DNA from: Tubulanus polymorphus
Lineage: Eukaryota; Animalia; Nemertea
Direction of reading: 5' to 3'
Assembly (NCBI RefSeq): GCF_964204645.1
Contig: NC_134032.1
Coordinates: 9,722,275-9,786,274, forward strand
DNA length: 64,000 nucleotides
Shown here piece by piece: positions 14,991 through 27,943 of this stretch. The notes beneath the pieces were generated by a model. That model saw only the letters and a list, made by a program, of their open reading frames with translations. It was not told where the DNA came from and ran no database searches. The translations under genes and the position numbers were made by a program. The stretch's first letter is position 1; each line of letters starts with the position of its first letter.

Positions 14991-17320
14991 TAGTAATTGA
15001 AGTTAATAGGTTCTCCGTGATAAGAACAACTCATTCTTGCTGCGAAAGAACACGAAGCAAAAAATCCCGTCCAACCGATCGGGTTTTTTTACCAGACTGC
15101 TATCAGGTACGCATTCAGCGCGGAGATGACTTTTGTAATGGTGAAATCGCATGATGAAAATAGTTCGCCCTGTCGTTTGTCTGGCCGCGCTGAATTATGG
15201 GTATCGTGTCTTCTCCGAGAGTGGTGATCAGTCAGTCGGCAGATCGGAGGACGCGCGCGCGTTACCGTCAACGACTGATGTTGTTCGCCGGGATTAGCCG
15301 CTTTTCGCATCCCGCGTGCAACACTTTCGACGTCGTTGCCTGGTTACGATAAACACCTGCGAGTAACAATAGTCGCGATGTCGGGTGTTTAATTGTTCTA
15401 TGCGTGTGAGACGTCAATTTTCATTCCGCCGCTTGCGCAAGAGTTAATTGAGTTTGTTACTGCCAGTGAGACGGGGGCCCTGGACGATGTTGTGGAAAAT
15501 GGAAAATGATGGCACTCCTATGAAAAAAACTGTCGTTTACTTACTGATTTAAGATTAATTTCGTCCAAATCTAAGTACGACATTTCAACCAACTAGTCAA
15601 AAAACCCGTTATCGCTGCATTGCAGCTATATTTGAGTTTATTACTGCCAGGGAAACGGGCCCTGGACGATGTTGTGGAGAATGGAAAATCTGTTATCCTT
15701 TTGGGGCGATTCGCGATGTTTTTGAAAATAAATCGTCAACGAGAACAAAATCCTGCCGAAAGATAAACAGCCGTCGGTAAACGAAGTTGAAAAAAAAGCG
15801 TCGACGCTTTTAATTATATGATACCCCCTAATTTGGGGTACACATCTCCCAAATAGTATCATACATATATGTATTGAGAAAGGGCGTCCCAAAAGACAGC
15901 TCATCGGAAAACACAAACTCATTATTTTGGAATCAGACCCTCGACCCACCACTGTGATAGATTGTAGATTGCAGCCAGCCCCCGGCAAGCGAGGTCTGGG
16001 ATAATCTCCGGCAAGCGAGTATATAATGGTATCGATAGCCAATTTACCTAATCGTGACGTGTAAATTAATCTGACCAACCGTAACGGATGGCGATAGCGG
16101 TGGTCAGCGAGAGATGGAGAGAGAGAGAGTACGGGGATAAATCGATGTGTATTCCCTGCTGGTGTTGATGGTTTACCAGCGATTCAATTGCGCTCAAGTG
16201 ATGCTACGCGGTAATTGAGCATTTATAGATCGCCGTGTTACGAACAAGCTTTTACTCGATAACCAGAGGAAACAGGTGCCCGTATCGATCCGTGTTTGAC
16301 CGGTAGGGCAATTATAGTTGGCCGCGCAGACGATCAGCGCCAGCCGATAGAACACCGAGCAGAGAAGTCTAAAGCTGAAAGCCGTATATTTTCAGAGTGA
16401 GTTCAGAGACGGAGTCTTGATATGAGTAGAAATAGGTTGCATTTTGTAAATCGCAATAAAATATATAATCACTTTAAATTCATCAAAAACCCCAGCCGCG
16501 ATCACACGAGCATTTTCGGCTCGGGCCAAATTTGTACCGGCCGGATATTCGTATGGTCAATCGTCGGACGTAAATCAGAGAGGAAACGATGTCCTTCGTT
16601 GCCGCCGCTATACCCCTCCAGACGAAGTCTGGATGATCACTTATGTGAAGTGGAGTTGATAAAACGTCTATAGTGCCTGGTGTGTTTGTAGTTTATTTTC
16701 GATTAAAAACCTCTCAAGTGCTGATAACGATACACGAAGCCTGGACAATCGCTTTTTATTTTCATTCCTGGCTGCAGATCAATTCCTGAATTATATATCC
16801 AACGCAGTGATACGAGTTATAGTGTGTTCAGGCATATTCAAAAACTGATCAATCCTCAATTCAAACTGTCAACCGTCACTAGATCCATCATCCATCGCGC
16901 GCATACGAACCTTCGATGACGTCATGTATTTTCTGCCAACGTCCGACGATTTGTCAGCGCGACTGGCTTCCGGTTGTCGCGCAAATAATCTCTTACTCGC
17001 TGGCGCTGTGTCACCGGGAGTACGGCTGATCGCAAAAACAAACAAAAGCCACGGAGAAACAGAGTGTCGATATAAAACACCGATTGCGCTCGTGGCGAGG
17101 CTTGAACAGCCATAGTTCCGGCAAAACACACCATACAAACCGGGATATGACATTCCGTGAAAAAATATGGCTGCTTCCACAAATTTCACAATGCCATCGC
17201 CACAAAAGTGATGGCCCTTACTACGTTGATTTCACAGACCACTATAGATATGTAATTCACTCTTGAAAAGGTGCGTTCAAAAATACATCAATTATATTTT
17301 CAAATTACTCAATTAGTACT

Positions 17321-17645
17321 CGGCAGGGATTCGAACCTGATGGCATCGCTGGAATCAGCCACGGCACGAAACCCTGTCACATTAGACCGGGTGCGAAGGT
17401 ACGAGCGCTGATTTCCGCAAGAAAACTTGCGGCACCAATCAGATTGCCCGTTGTATAATCGCTGAGACGCAAGTTTCATGGATAGATTAAAAATGCAGGC
17501 TTAAATAAAACAGGGTTTCTGATTGGCTAATAATTAAAAGCATCTGAGATGCAGATGTACCAGCGCACCTAGGCTAGTGAGGCAGGTTTTCGTACCGTGG
17601 GGAGTCTCGATGCCATCAGGTTCGAATCCCTGACGGGGAGGAAGC
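17321..17645. mobile_element. MITE, second copy of the 43691-44025 family
   Basis: TIR cggcagggattcgaacctgatggcatcg / cgatgccatcaggttcgaatccctgacgg; internal sequence aligns with the 43691-44025 copy. Confidence 0.8.
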
Positions 17646-20335
17646 GGAGAAAATGACTGACTCCACGAATCCCTCATCGACATCAAATTACTATACACAC
17701 TTGTATGAATGATGGCTGCCTCATTGAATCCCCGCGTGACATCATCAATTATAGGAAAGACGTCCGTCTCCGCAATCCCCAGATGACATCATCGAAAATT
17801 ACTAATTGCATTGATCTAAACATTCTTTCGGGAAAAGATTGCCGCAAATAATGATAATTCTTAAAATGACATCGAATCTACTCGTATCTAGTTTTTCTAG
17901 ATGCAGCAATTCCATTATCTCCTTATGATTAACTAACATTCTGGAAGGCTAGTTGGCGCACGGTCAAAGCCAGGGATCGCGAACCTGAAGATAATATCGG
18001 TACTACCGCACTGGGCCATGTCTAAAGGGTGGTTTCTATGGTCTGACCCCAGGTTCCAGCCACTGGACACTTGTCTCGTCAATCCGGGGGGTTCTTGGGT
18101 TCGAGTTCTGGTGGCGACGGGGATTCTACCTGGGTCGAAAGTTCATCTCTGGTCGTCTCACCCACTTTGGGAAAAAGGAAAAATCGAACCTGCTTATAGT
18201 TCCCTGCGTGGCTGCCAGCGAATTGAGCATAAAACCCCCACCCACTCTGCGTTGCCCTCTCATGTAAATTGCCTCTTTTCAGATGCATTTCTTCAGAAAT
18301 ATCTAATACGTATGGTGGAGACCGTGGACCTCGGCGTGGCTGCTTTATCCGATGATTTAGCTTCCTTTTCCTTTGGACCCGGTATTTGATTATATCGTAA
18401 ATGTTTCCTGATTACGCAGAGGAATCCGTTACTCCTCGTCATATCGACTTACGCTACTACTAATTAATCATTATACAGTTAATGATAAGATGTTACATGA
18501 GATCTGAACTATCAACGCTCCCTGCTTAAAACGGTAAAGGTGAAACAACCACGTGCAAATTGCATACCGAAGGAACCGCATTTTGTTGTCGATAAACTAT
18601 TCGTTTACGTCTTATTCTCCTTCTAAATTGCCAGCAACATTTCTAAATTTCATAGGGAAGTCATCTTTTCTAGAAGTATCTATAAGGCAATCTGATGATA
18701 TCATAGGGGGTTTATAGACGTGGCCATTGCTTGTGTTGAATTGGGATTACCGGAGACAGCATACTGTCTGGCGCGGTCTTAAAATCAATCACGCCATATA
18801 GGATCTAAAAGCAGTCGTGAGCTTTACCCAAAACCGATCCAAAACGCGCGCAAAAGTGACGTACAGGAAATAAACAAATCGCGGAACCTGCTAAAAGCCG
18901 CAAACAACAGCCCTAGATATGACGCGCACAGAATTTCTGATGGCTTCAATAATTAATTCCGACATTTTCAGAATCAGTCGAAAAAATTTACGGCCATAAA
19001 GCCTCTGTACGACACGTCACGAATTGCACGCAGGCCACGCTAGAATATCGCCGAGTTTCAGCAGCCTTATCTCCGCTAGTCGGTGCACGCCAAGCACTCG
19101 GTTCGGTGGATGGGTTTATCTCGGTCTTGACTGCCACGAAAACAGACAAGAATATATAAACCTTCCCGAGACAACAACGCGAGCGCCTGATTTCGATCGG
19201 GAATTCGGCGCCGCCGTTTTTAGCGAATCTCGCCCGGCTTTCGTGAACGTACGTGACACTTTTGACAACCGAACCGGAAAATGTCATTCACAGCCAGTAT
19301 ATCGTTAAGCCACGCCTCATAAGCGCCGGCCGAATATTCAAACGACAAGTACGAACTACTAGCAATATCATCAGTCAGTGGCCCTAAAGATGGACAGACT
19401 CAGTGCACAATAGGTGTAATGAGTTCGAAACCTCATGATTCAGGACACTTCTTTCCAGCAGCCTTATTTGCGCATGTAAGTTAGTCAGGATATTAAGTTA
19501 GTCAGGATAGTAAGTAATCAGGATATTAACACAAAAAGGAGGATCCAAATCGGGCAACTGACAGCGAAAATAGAGAAATACATGTGCCAGGTTCAACTGT
19601 TGAAGCTCTTCACAGCTTCATGGATTCAAAGATACTGCCATGTCTGACACTGAATGGGCTTTTATACCACCAGTGGGCCTTTAATTCTGAACGACCACTT
19701 ATTGAAAGTGTGCTGGTAATAGAATATCCAATGCCCGATGTTTTTTGTTCGTGTTTCAGACGAAGTACCGTACACAATTTGTTAATTCTGAACAATCGTT
19801 TCTTGAAAGTGAACTGATAGAATATCTAACATATCTCATTCATTTTCGATTAAAAACGTATTAGGAGAAGTACTGGACGTACCATTACCGATTGGCAGAA
19901 TGGTGATGGAATTTCCGAGGTTTGCAGATCGATATCTGCGTTAGAAAATGAGTTTCCCAAGGCGGAGAGAATCGTGGAATTAACTACGAGCGTCCTGATA
20001 AAATGTGTTGTCGGAACCGGGAATCTTGTACGTCTGCTATTAGACCACTATTGGAACACATCCTCTGAGACGGTTAACGGGGCTTATCTCCTCGCAGCAC
20101 ATTCCGCCGATCCTCGTTGTCGACCCGCGACCACAATCTGTTGACAACCTGTGTTTTGAATGCGTGGTGATAAAATATGTCTTGCGACTGGCGTTTTTGC
20201 GTGTTTTTTTTAAATCAAAAATATCTCGAAGTTGCGAACACTAGTGAGGTTTGGACGATCACAGATCGAAGTATGTTAATGAAATTTCTAATGCCTGGCG
20301 TTTTTGCGTGTAGTTTACTTTCAATCAAAAATATC

Positions 20336-20660
20336 TCAGCTGAAGTCCTGAACACATGTGAAGTTCGGATGTTCACTTTTAGAAATGTCTTATGTCTCGT
20401 AATGGTAGTTCATTTTCATTTTGAAATGTCTCAGCTGAAGTCCTGAACGCAAGTGAAGTTTGGATGTTCACTTTTAGAAATGTCTTATGTCTCGTAACGG
20501 TAGTTCATTTTCATTTTAAAATGTCTCAGCTGAAGTCCTGAACACATGTGAAGTTGGATGTTCACTTTTAGAAATGTCTTTGTCTCGTAATGGTAGTTCA
20601 TTTTCATTTTAAAATGTCTCAGCCGTAGTCCTGAACGCGAGTGAATTTTGGACGATCACT
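20336..20660 (+). repeat. ~95-bp tandem repeat, about 3.5 copies
   Basis: tcagc(t/c)g(a/t)agtcctgaac unit starts at 20336, 20431, 20526 and 20619. Confidence 0.9.
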
Positions 20661-23600
20661 TTTCAAAGCGTGCCAACCAGGTTTCTAATGTCTGGAGTTT
20701 GGTATATAAAATCCGTGCTTCCGCGGCTGCTGGTTCGGAGTCTCTAAAAGTTGACACCATGGGACCATTTTCTGGGAGTGACGTCGCTGGTCGACAAACT
20801 CCGCGCTGCGCATCTGTGCGTGGAAGGATTGCGTGCGTGTGTGCGTGCATGCCAAGAGAGATGCATAAAACATGAATTATTTGACGAAGTTGCTCATCTG
20901 GCGACCATTAACAGAATATAGTAATAAATCGTAGTGTCGACGCCGTAGATATATCTACCACAGCGGGGAAGATGGAGAAGCTGATGATCCAGCAGCAAGA
21001 ATATTGAAATCGAGAGTCATCGGTCATCTTGCAAGAGGGATTGTTATAATGACCGCGAGTGCTTTCTTTGCATATAAAGCGGGTATCAATCTGCAGTGTA
21101 GAACGTACGGCTTCAGATAAACACGATTGTTGTGCGAATTGGGTATACCGGCACACGCCAGATGGCGTGACGATATACTCCTATGTATTGTTAATAACTT
21201 TTAAGTATTTTATCAAGACAAGTTTATATTTTCTGATGATTGTAAATATTTCATATTTTATGGTCCCCCTTCGTGTACCATGAGTGTAAATAACATCCTT
21301 ATCTTATTAATCCATTTAATACGTAGTGAAAATGTCGTTCATTTTCATTGAACTTTTCATTGACTTAAGCCTCCCAAATAGATATAAGATTGACTTTCCC
21401 ATCGAGTATATGGTATTGTTAATAACTGGAAATTGATTTACTTATGAGAACAGTTAATTTGAATTTGATTGAATAGTAGAAATTGAGCGCGGTAACGGAG
21501 TAACCACTGACGCGCCGGGCGGATCGACACCGAATCCTCGCTTGCCACAGTAGCGGTGCCGGTACCCCACCTTATGAAAATGTACCGATAAAATGTCAAA
21601 TGTTTGATGTTCTTAGCATATTTTCAACTCGAAATGTCTCCTGTGAAATCCAGGACGCGTATGCAGTCTGGATGAATTTGAAGAATGGTGACAAAAATTT
21701 CAAATGGGCCCGAAGTTATGGGCTGAGGTGATGATGTGTATGTAGGGTTCGGGCAGAAAACCCGCATAATGAGAGGCTCGCAATCCCTCAATCTACAAGT
21801 ATAGTACGTAAAATTGTACCATTTGCGAGAGTAATTAAGTTTTCCGAAACACTGCGCAACTGATTTCAAGATTCTGTCGTATGAAGACGCTACGTAAACT
21901 TTCGCAGTAGTACTCCTGAACTGTAATATTTTATGAACTGACCACTATGCTGTATACGACCACTATCTGCAACAACGAAATCCACAACGTCGACGCCGCG
22001 TTTCCAATCAATACATAACAACACTCTTACTGCGGTAAGTCTAATTATGAGAAGTGCTGCGGTAGCTGCTTATCTTTCCACGAGGACCACGACAGTAATC
22101 CTGTATACACTAATTTACATCTCGTTGCGGTTGCTGAGACTGGGCGCAAGCCAAACGACGGTTTGCGCAGATTATCAGCTCCCGCACGGCGCTTGCTGAA
22201 CTGTCGTTGATTCCTTTCCTCTTGTACGGATTTATCGAGGTAATGTTCTGTCACGGTTACGTTTACCTACGAGCAATCACCTCAAGTCGAGATGATTGCT
22301 CGTAGGCAAAACTCAGTCCAGCTCTATAAAAACATCGGGTAAACACTGAAGAGATCCAGCAAACTCGGTAGACATCTAGAAAACTCAGTAATCATCATTT
22401 TCATCGCCATCAAACCCGATCGATCCTCAGCAAACCTCAGTAATTAACAAAATCAATAACTAAATATCGAAGACTCCAGTAAACTTAACCAGCCGACATT
22501 CGGTTAAGACAGCCAACCTTGGTAAATCTCTGAACATCGAAAATTTCCAGCAAACATTGGTGAAAACTCAGTAAACATCGTTATCGTCGCCATTTAACCT
22601 CGTCAAACCTCAGTAAACCACAGACGACCCAAGTAAACCTCAGAATTTTAACAAATCTTAGTGCACATCAAAATCAATCACCATCAGTGCCTAAGCATCA
22701 ATCTAAAACTCCAGTAAAACTTCGTTAAAATCGGAAAATTCAGCTGACATTCGGGAACACGACCAAACTTGGTTGATCTAGCAGATATCAAGACACTCCA
22801 GAAAGCGTCGGTAAACCCCAGGAAACCTGAACAAACCTTAGTAAATCTGCCCGTTTTCTTCGGTTCAGATTCACTAGAAGTCTACGGTGGTTCGAATCCG
22901 AAAGATTGAAATAAAAATTGTTCCGAAGAATGCCGCTACACAGATCGCTATCGTTCTTCTACAGCAACCAGAACGATATCATTGAAAACAATTCAAATCA
23001 AACCGTACACAATGAATACATACCGAAATAAAGACATATGGAACGGCAATTATTTGATCAGGCGGAATAAAGTGAACACGGTATATTTAACCAGTACGTA
23101 AATGGCGTTTGAATGTATATGTTCAAACTCAATAGTAGCTACCGCAATCGATATATCGTCGTATTATTTAGATAATTATTATAATATAATTATTCAAGTT
23201 ATTGCAAATACGGCTGTTACTGTTTGAACTCCAGGTACATGTTACAACACTATACTGTAAGTGCCAATTCAAAGTGTTCATGGTAATCAACTAGTGATTT
23301 GAAATCGTGCCCTATCCCTTTTATGATGGTTGCATGGGAAAAAAGAATTTTCGAAATTAGACTTCGATTTCTTTTATGGAAAGTGTCCATAAGCAGGCCC
23401 ATGCCTAGTACCCCACCCCGCTCTTTGACGCCAAATTGTAGCGAAAAAGCCAAATTTTCAGCCCAAATATGCTAGAAGTTCTGAAATCGTTCTCTTTTTA
23501 TCTTTATATCTATTTTCTCTTGCTTCTCGAATATTCAAATAATTTCTGCGCGAGTATTCCCACCCGACATGCTTCAAAAAATTCCACTTTCAAGAAAATC

Positions 23601-24429
23601 GCCCCCGCCCCCAGACATGGCTGGCAACGGTCCTGATAAGGGCCATTTTATGATATGTCATGTGAACTACCCTCCGGGGCTAGCCCATCATTTTTTGAGA
23701 GTTCAAGATGATGAAATAAAAGGATTTGATGATGTCAGCTTTATGAAGGCAGTTATCTTTTCTAGAAGCGTCTACATGCGCACAATTTGAAGTCGTACAA
23801 TGACAGAATGACAGTCACCTTGTCCAGAACCGTCTCAAAACAATATTCTGATGGGGATTTATGTAGGCAGCCACTTTTTTCTGGTAGGTAGAGGTAATTT
23901 GATGATGTAACGAGGAGATCATCTCTCGCTCTCTAAGCGTATACACAGATTTATGTATACCGCCTGTGATGTTCGCAATCTCGGTGCGAGGAGGAATTGC
24001 GGGGATAGGCGCAGGATCCATCCTTCTCGAGACTGACATCGCCGGACATAAAAACGTCGCATTTTACGCGTTACGATATTCGTCGATAAACACATTCCTC
24101 GAGCGATTTTACGACATACGATCTACGGCTTCGGAATATCAATCGGGTAACCCGGGCAACCCGGACCGCGCGCAAACGACTCCGATAGTCGGCTATATTG
24201 GATTATTTTCTATTTGATCTGAAAAGCGGAAACTAAATTGTTGTTCCATCATTGCGGCTATCATTCACGGCGGATGCTATTTTTTTCCAAAGAGGACAGC
24301 GTGATTTATTTTTAGTTTGTGTTGTTTTGATCGATAAATGGGAAGAATGGCGGCTAGTCGAAAATCAGCACAGTTCTAAAAGGTTATTAACATCAAACAT
24401 CAGCCGACATTTGGAAATTCATTTACGAC

Positions 24430-25100
24430 ACCTATAGAGATTTCCAGAACAGATGGCTGCCATTACGAACTTTGGTTTCCGTATAGTTAGTAGACTATGT
24501 GGTCTGAACTACACTCTTTCGGTCTTGTGCATTTCACGGGTCGGCCACCTTGCAACTAGGTCTGGTCTACAGCGACCGCTCTCAATCCCGTCAACTATTT
24601 CCGGACTATATAGTTCTGACTAACAGACAATCGGTTCGCGAAGAATTAACTTCTATTAAGGCGAATGTCGACGTTCATTATTACCGCTAAGATATAGTCA
24701 ATCTACCCCTATAGACATTTCCAGAAAAGATGGCTGCCTACATAAATCTTCAAATCTCCCCGGGACATCATCAAAGTAAACCTATAGACGTTTCTAGAAA
24801 AGACGACCGCTTCCATAAATCCCGCTTAGAACATCGTGTTATTCCTACATATACATCCCTTTAGAAAAGATGACTGCCTTCATACATCCGCCTATGATAT
24901 CGTCAAATTACCGCTACATGCCTTTACAGAAAGATGCCAGCATCCCAATTCGATCGGGCTATGACACTTTAAAATAATGCCTAAACACATATATAGCAAA
25001 ACATGGTTGTCTCCGTCACTTGATCAAATTGCCCCTATGACTTAAAGATTAGACGACTGCCTCCATGAATCCCCCCATGACATCATCAATTTATCCTCAC
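24430..25100 (+). repeat. Degenerate ~65-bp tandem/dispersed repeat family (consensus approx. atgacatcatcaaattacccctatagacacttctagaaaagatggctgccttcataaatccccct)
   Basis: Related clusters at ~400-520, 750-810, 2500-2830, 7550-7930, 9560-9770 (-), 17660-17800, 18650-18730 (-), 23700-23900 (-), 35190-35410, 38240-38560 (-) and 39170-39345. Confidence 0.85.
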
Positions 25101-27780
25101 AGGCTCCCCCACGAAAGATGCTAACAACCGACCTTAAGTAGGGGAATTTTGCAACTAAAAGGATTACAGATTAGACGTCGGTTGTATTGGCGCGCGGTTC
25201 TCGAGAGGGTCTCCACTAGCATAAAAATATTCTCAAGTCACCAACCGGAAAACAGCGCGCGCAGCACTTGAGAATATCATCTGACAAGACGAGATCATCG
25301 TAGAAGCAGACGGCTCTAGTGTAAGAAGCAATTACCGGACACGAGACAGAACGCGGAGACGGAGAGGGAGAGAGGGACAGATAGAAGAGAGTGGCTGAAT
25401 CCATATCATTAGTAGAACTCGGGAGAGACGGTTGTTGTAGCGGTTTTCTATCATTACGCGCCACCGTGGTGACCGAGCGAAGAGGAAAAGAGACGCAGTG
25501 CGCGCGGTGAATTACAGGGTTTCGCCGCGTGAGTGAAACCGACGACGTTGTATATTTCTATAAGGGTCAATTATCCGGTGTAAGAGGACTCGATTCCTTC
25601 ACTAACTTCATCATTCCCGAGCAGTAGTATAAAGGATTGTTGGCAACCCGACAAGTTTATCATCGGATGGTGGTTCAAGATTTTCAGCTACTGCTCGACC
25701 AAAGTGTTTACAGGTGCAATTACCTGTGGCATGCAAGTTACCGGGACGTCCGGTTGTGGCATGCTAGATTGACCTATTCTGTTGTCTAATACCCAAGTGC
25801 TGTCTACTTAAAGCAAGCGAGGTTCCCAGATGGACCCAAGTTGTTGATTGGTTTAACAGGCTTTACGTAAAACATTGGCGAGGTGCCCGATAGACCCATT
25901 ACATACAGTAAAGACGTCTGCACTCACTTGCCACAGGCAGAGTCCACTCGTGTAACTCGATGTACTCTTGCACGCGTCTGCCTGTGGCAGGCGGGTACAT
26001 TGTAATTTATATGATGTAACACGGTTGTTCGTTTAACTCGGTGTTTTATCAGTAAAGTTTATGCGTCTATAGTACACAATACACAACTCGCGGCTCGAGT
26101 CGGTTGGGAATCACGTCTGACAGCTTCAAAATTAACTACATCAAACTCTACCCGAACATCGACATCAATCGCAACCATTTGATCATCGAAGAAATTGTAT
26201 AAAATTCGCATCCCGGCGGATTCTTCCGCTTCTTTTTCTCGTTACAAAACGGCAGATCTGCGGAGCTTGAAAGAAGACATCCATTCCCAGGCGTGCAATC
26301 ATATGCAGCCCCGATCCAGGGTTTGGTCAAATCATATTCGTTCTTCGCACCATGTTCGTTATATTTTCTGTCTGGTCACCTACAAATGAAGCACTATAGA
26401 AAAAACTTAAAGCGGAAACCGCTGAAAAGTCCAGGGCGGATCGAGGATTTTCAAATTGGTGATGCTTTGATGGTCCCCCAGAAAATTCTGAGAAGTTCTA
26501 TTCTCATTTTCGCGCATGCTGAGCGTTTTAAATCACTGTTTGATCACCTCATCATGTTTACAATGAACCTCGTATATTTGAAATGTACCGTTGAAAATCC
26601 GGGAATAAATGATACGAAGGATATTTCCAAAGAAAGGGTGTTCTAGGACCCAAAGCACTAGCTGGATCAGCGCCTTAAGTCCGAGTTGAAGATCATCCCG
26701 AGGGGAATCATAAAAACTGCAGTAAGAGAAAGTCCAACGGAGGGCAATGATTTCTTTGGGAAATACCGTAGGGTTCCAGAAGAGAGACCACATGAAGAAG
26801 CGGTCCTTGCTGTGGATCACCATAACAAGGGGGTTTCCAAAAAAGAGATGATGCCGTAAAAAGACAATCCCATTCGGAACAAAAGGTTCCTCATACAAAT
26901 AATACCACCATATTTACCACTCTTGTAGTAAATAAATGTAAAGAAATAAAACATGACATAACATGGATCCCCGAAAGCGCAGCCGAACATGGTTGCATAC
27001 ATAAATGACAACTATGGGACCCATCATTGGATCTCAAACCAGGATCTTCCAACATGGGCGCAAATGCCATCGCGAGGTCCCTTTCACGAGCTATTCACCG
27101 TGCCTAGTCATTGGTGACGAACAGAGAGGTTGATCGCACTCAGACTGATGAACGTCGAGAGGGGGATACGAGCAATTGAATCCTCGTCAACTCAAAGATT
27201 CAAGATACATCATGAATACGTCATTGTCATTGAAATTAATAATTTACAGCAGAGAGGAATCCTGTCTACGTTACGAGATTCTTATAGTGTTGTTGAACTA
27301 AGCCATGTAGACCCAGTTAAACTTTACGGTTGAATTTACACAGATATCAATCAGGGGCGGATCCAAGTAGAGGATGTAGGAAGCACCCCTCCTAAAAGTT
27401 GCCCTGAAAGTTAACGGGAAAATGTTAAACATTAACTTGACACCTGAATAAGTTTAAATTCATAAGCCGCTTCCCTGTTTTTTGCCAAAAAAATATTTTC
27501 CGATGAGCTTTCTTTTGGGGTACCCTTTTCATTATATGATATGCCCTATTTTGGGTCGCGCAGCCCTCCCTGCAGACCCTAGAACCGCCCATGCAATCAG
27601 CGTCCTGGAACCGCCTCTTCAGACATTCACCACTGTAATGTGAAGCTTGGACAATCGCTTATTGAAAATATGCAGATAATGTCTGATGGTTGTAGTTCAT
27701 CTTAAACAGAAAATGTTTCATGTGAATTACGAAACGCATGCGAGTGATAAGTATGAACGATCTGAAGTATGAAGACTTCT

Positions 27781-27943
27781 GGATCCGGTTCCACAGTTCT
27801 TGATTAAATCTGACTCAGAGTTAGTTTTTAACTCAGGGTCAGAAACTAACTCTGAGTTAGCTGACTCCGAGTTAGTTTTAACTCTGAGTTAGGAAATTTA
27901 ACTCTAAGTTAAAAGTTAATCAAGAACTGTGGAACCGGGTCCC
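27781..27943. mobile_element. Palindromic MITE (Harbinger-like termini); related copy at 29953-30066
   Basis: TIR ccggttccacagttcttgattaa / ttaatcaagaactgtggaaccgg with internal aactctgagtt repeats. Confidence 0.75.

Noticed and set aside
17321-17350. tRNA gene suggested by GGTTCGAATCC
   Set aside because: No cloverleaf or A-box arrangement; the motif is part of MITE TIRs.
26148-27011. Overlapping medium ORFs with coding-like composition
   Set aside because: No recognisable motifs, stops in all frames examined, no exon chain.
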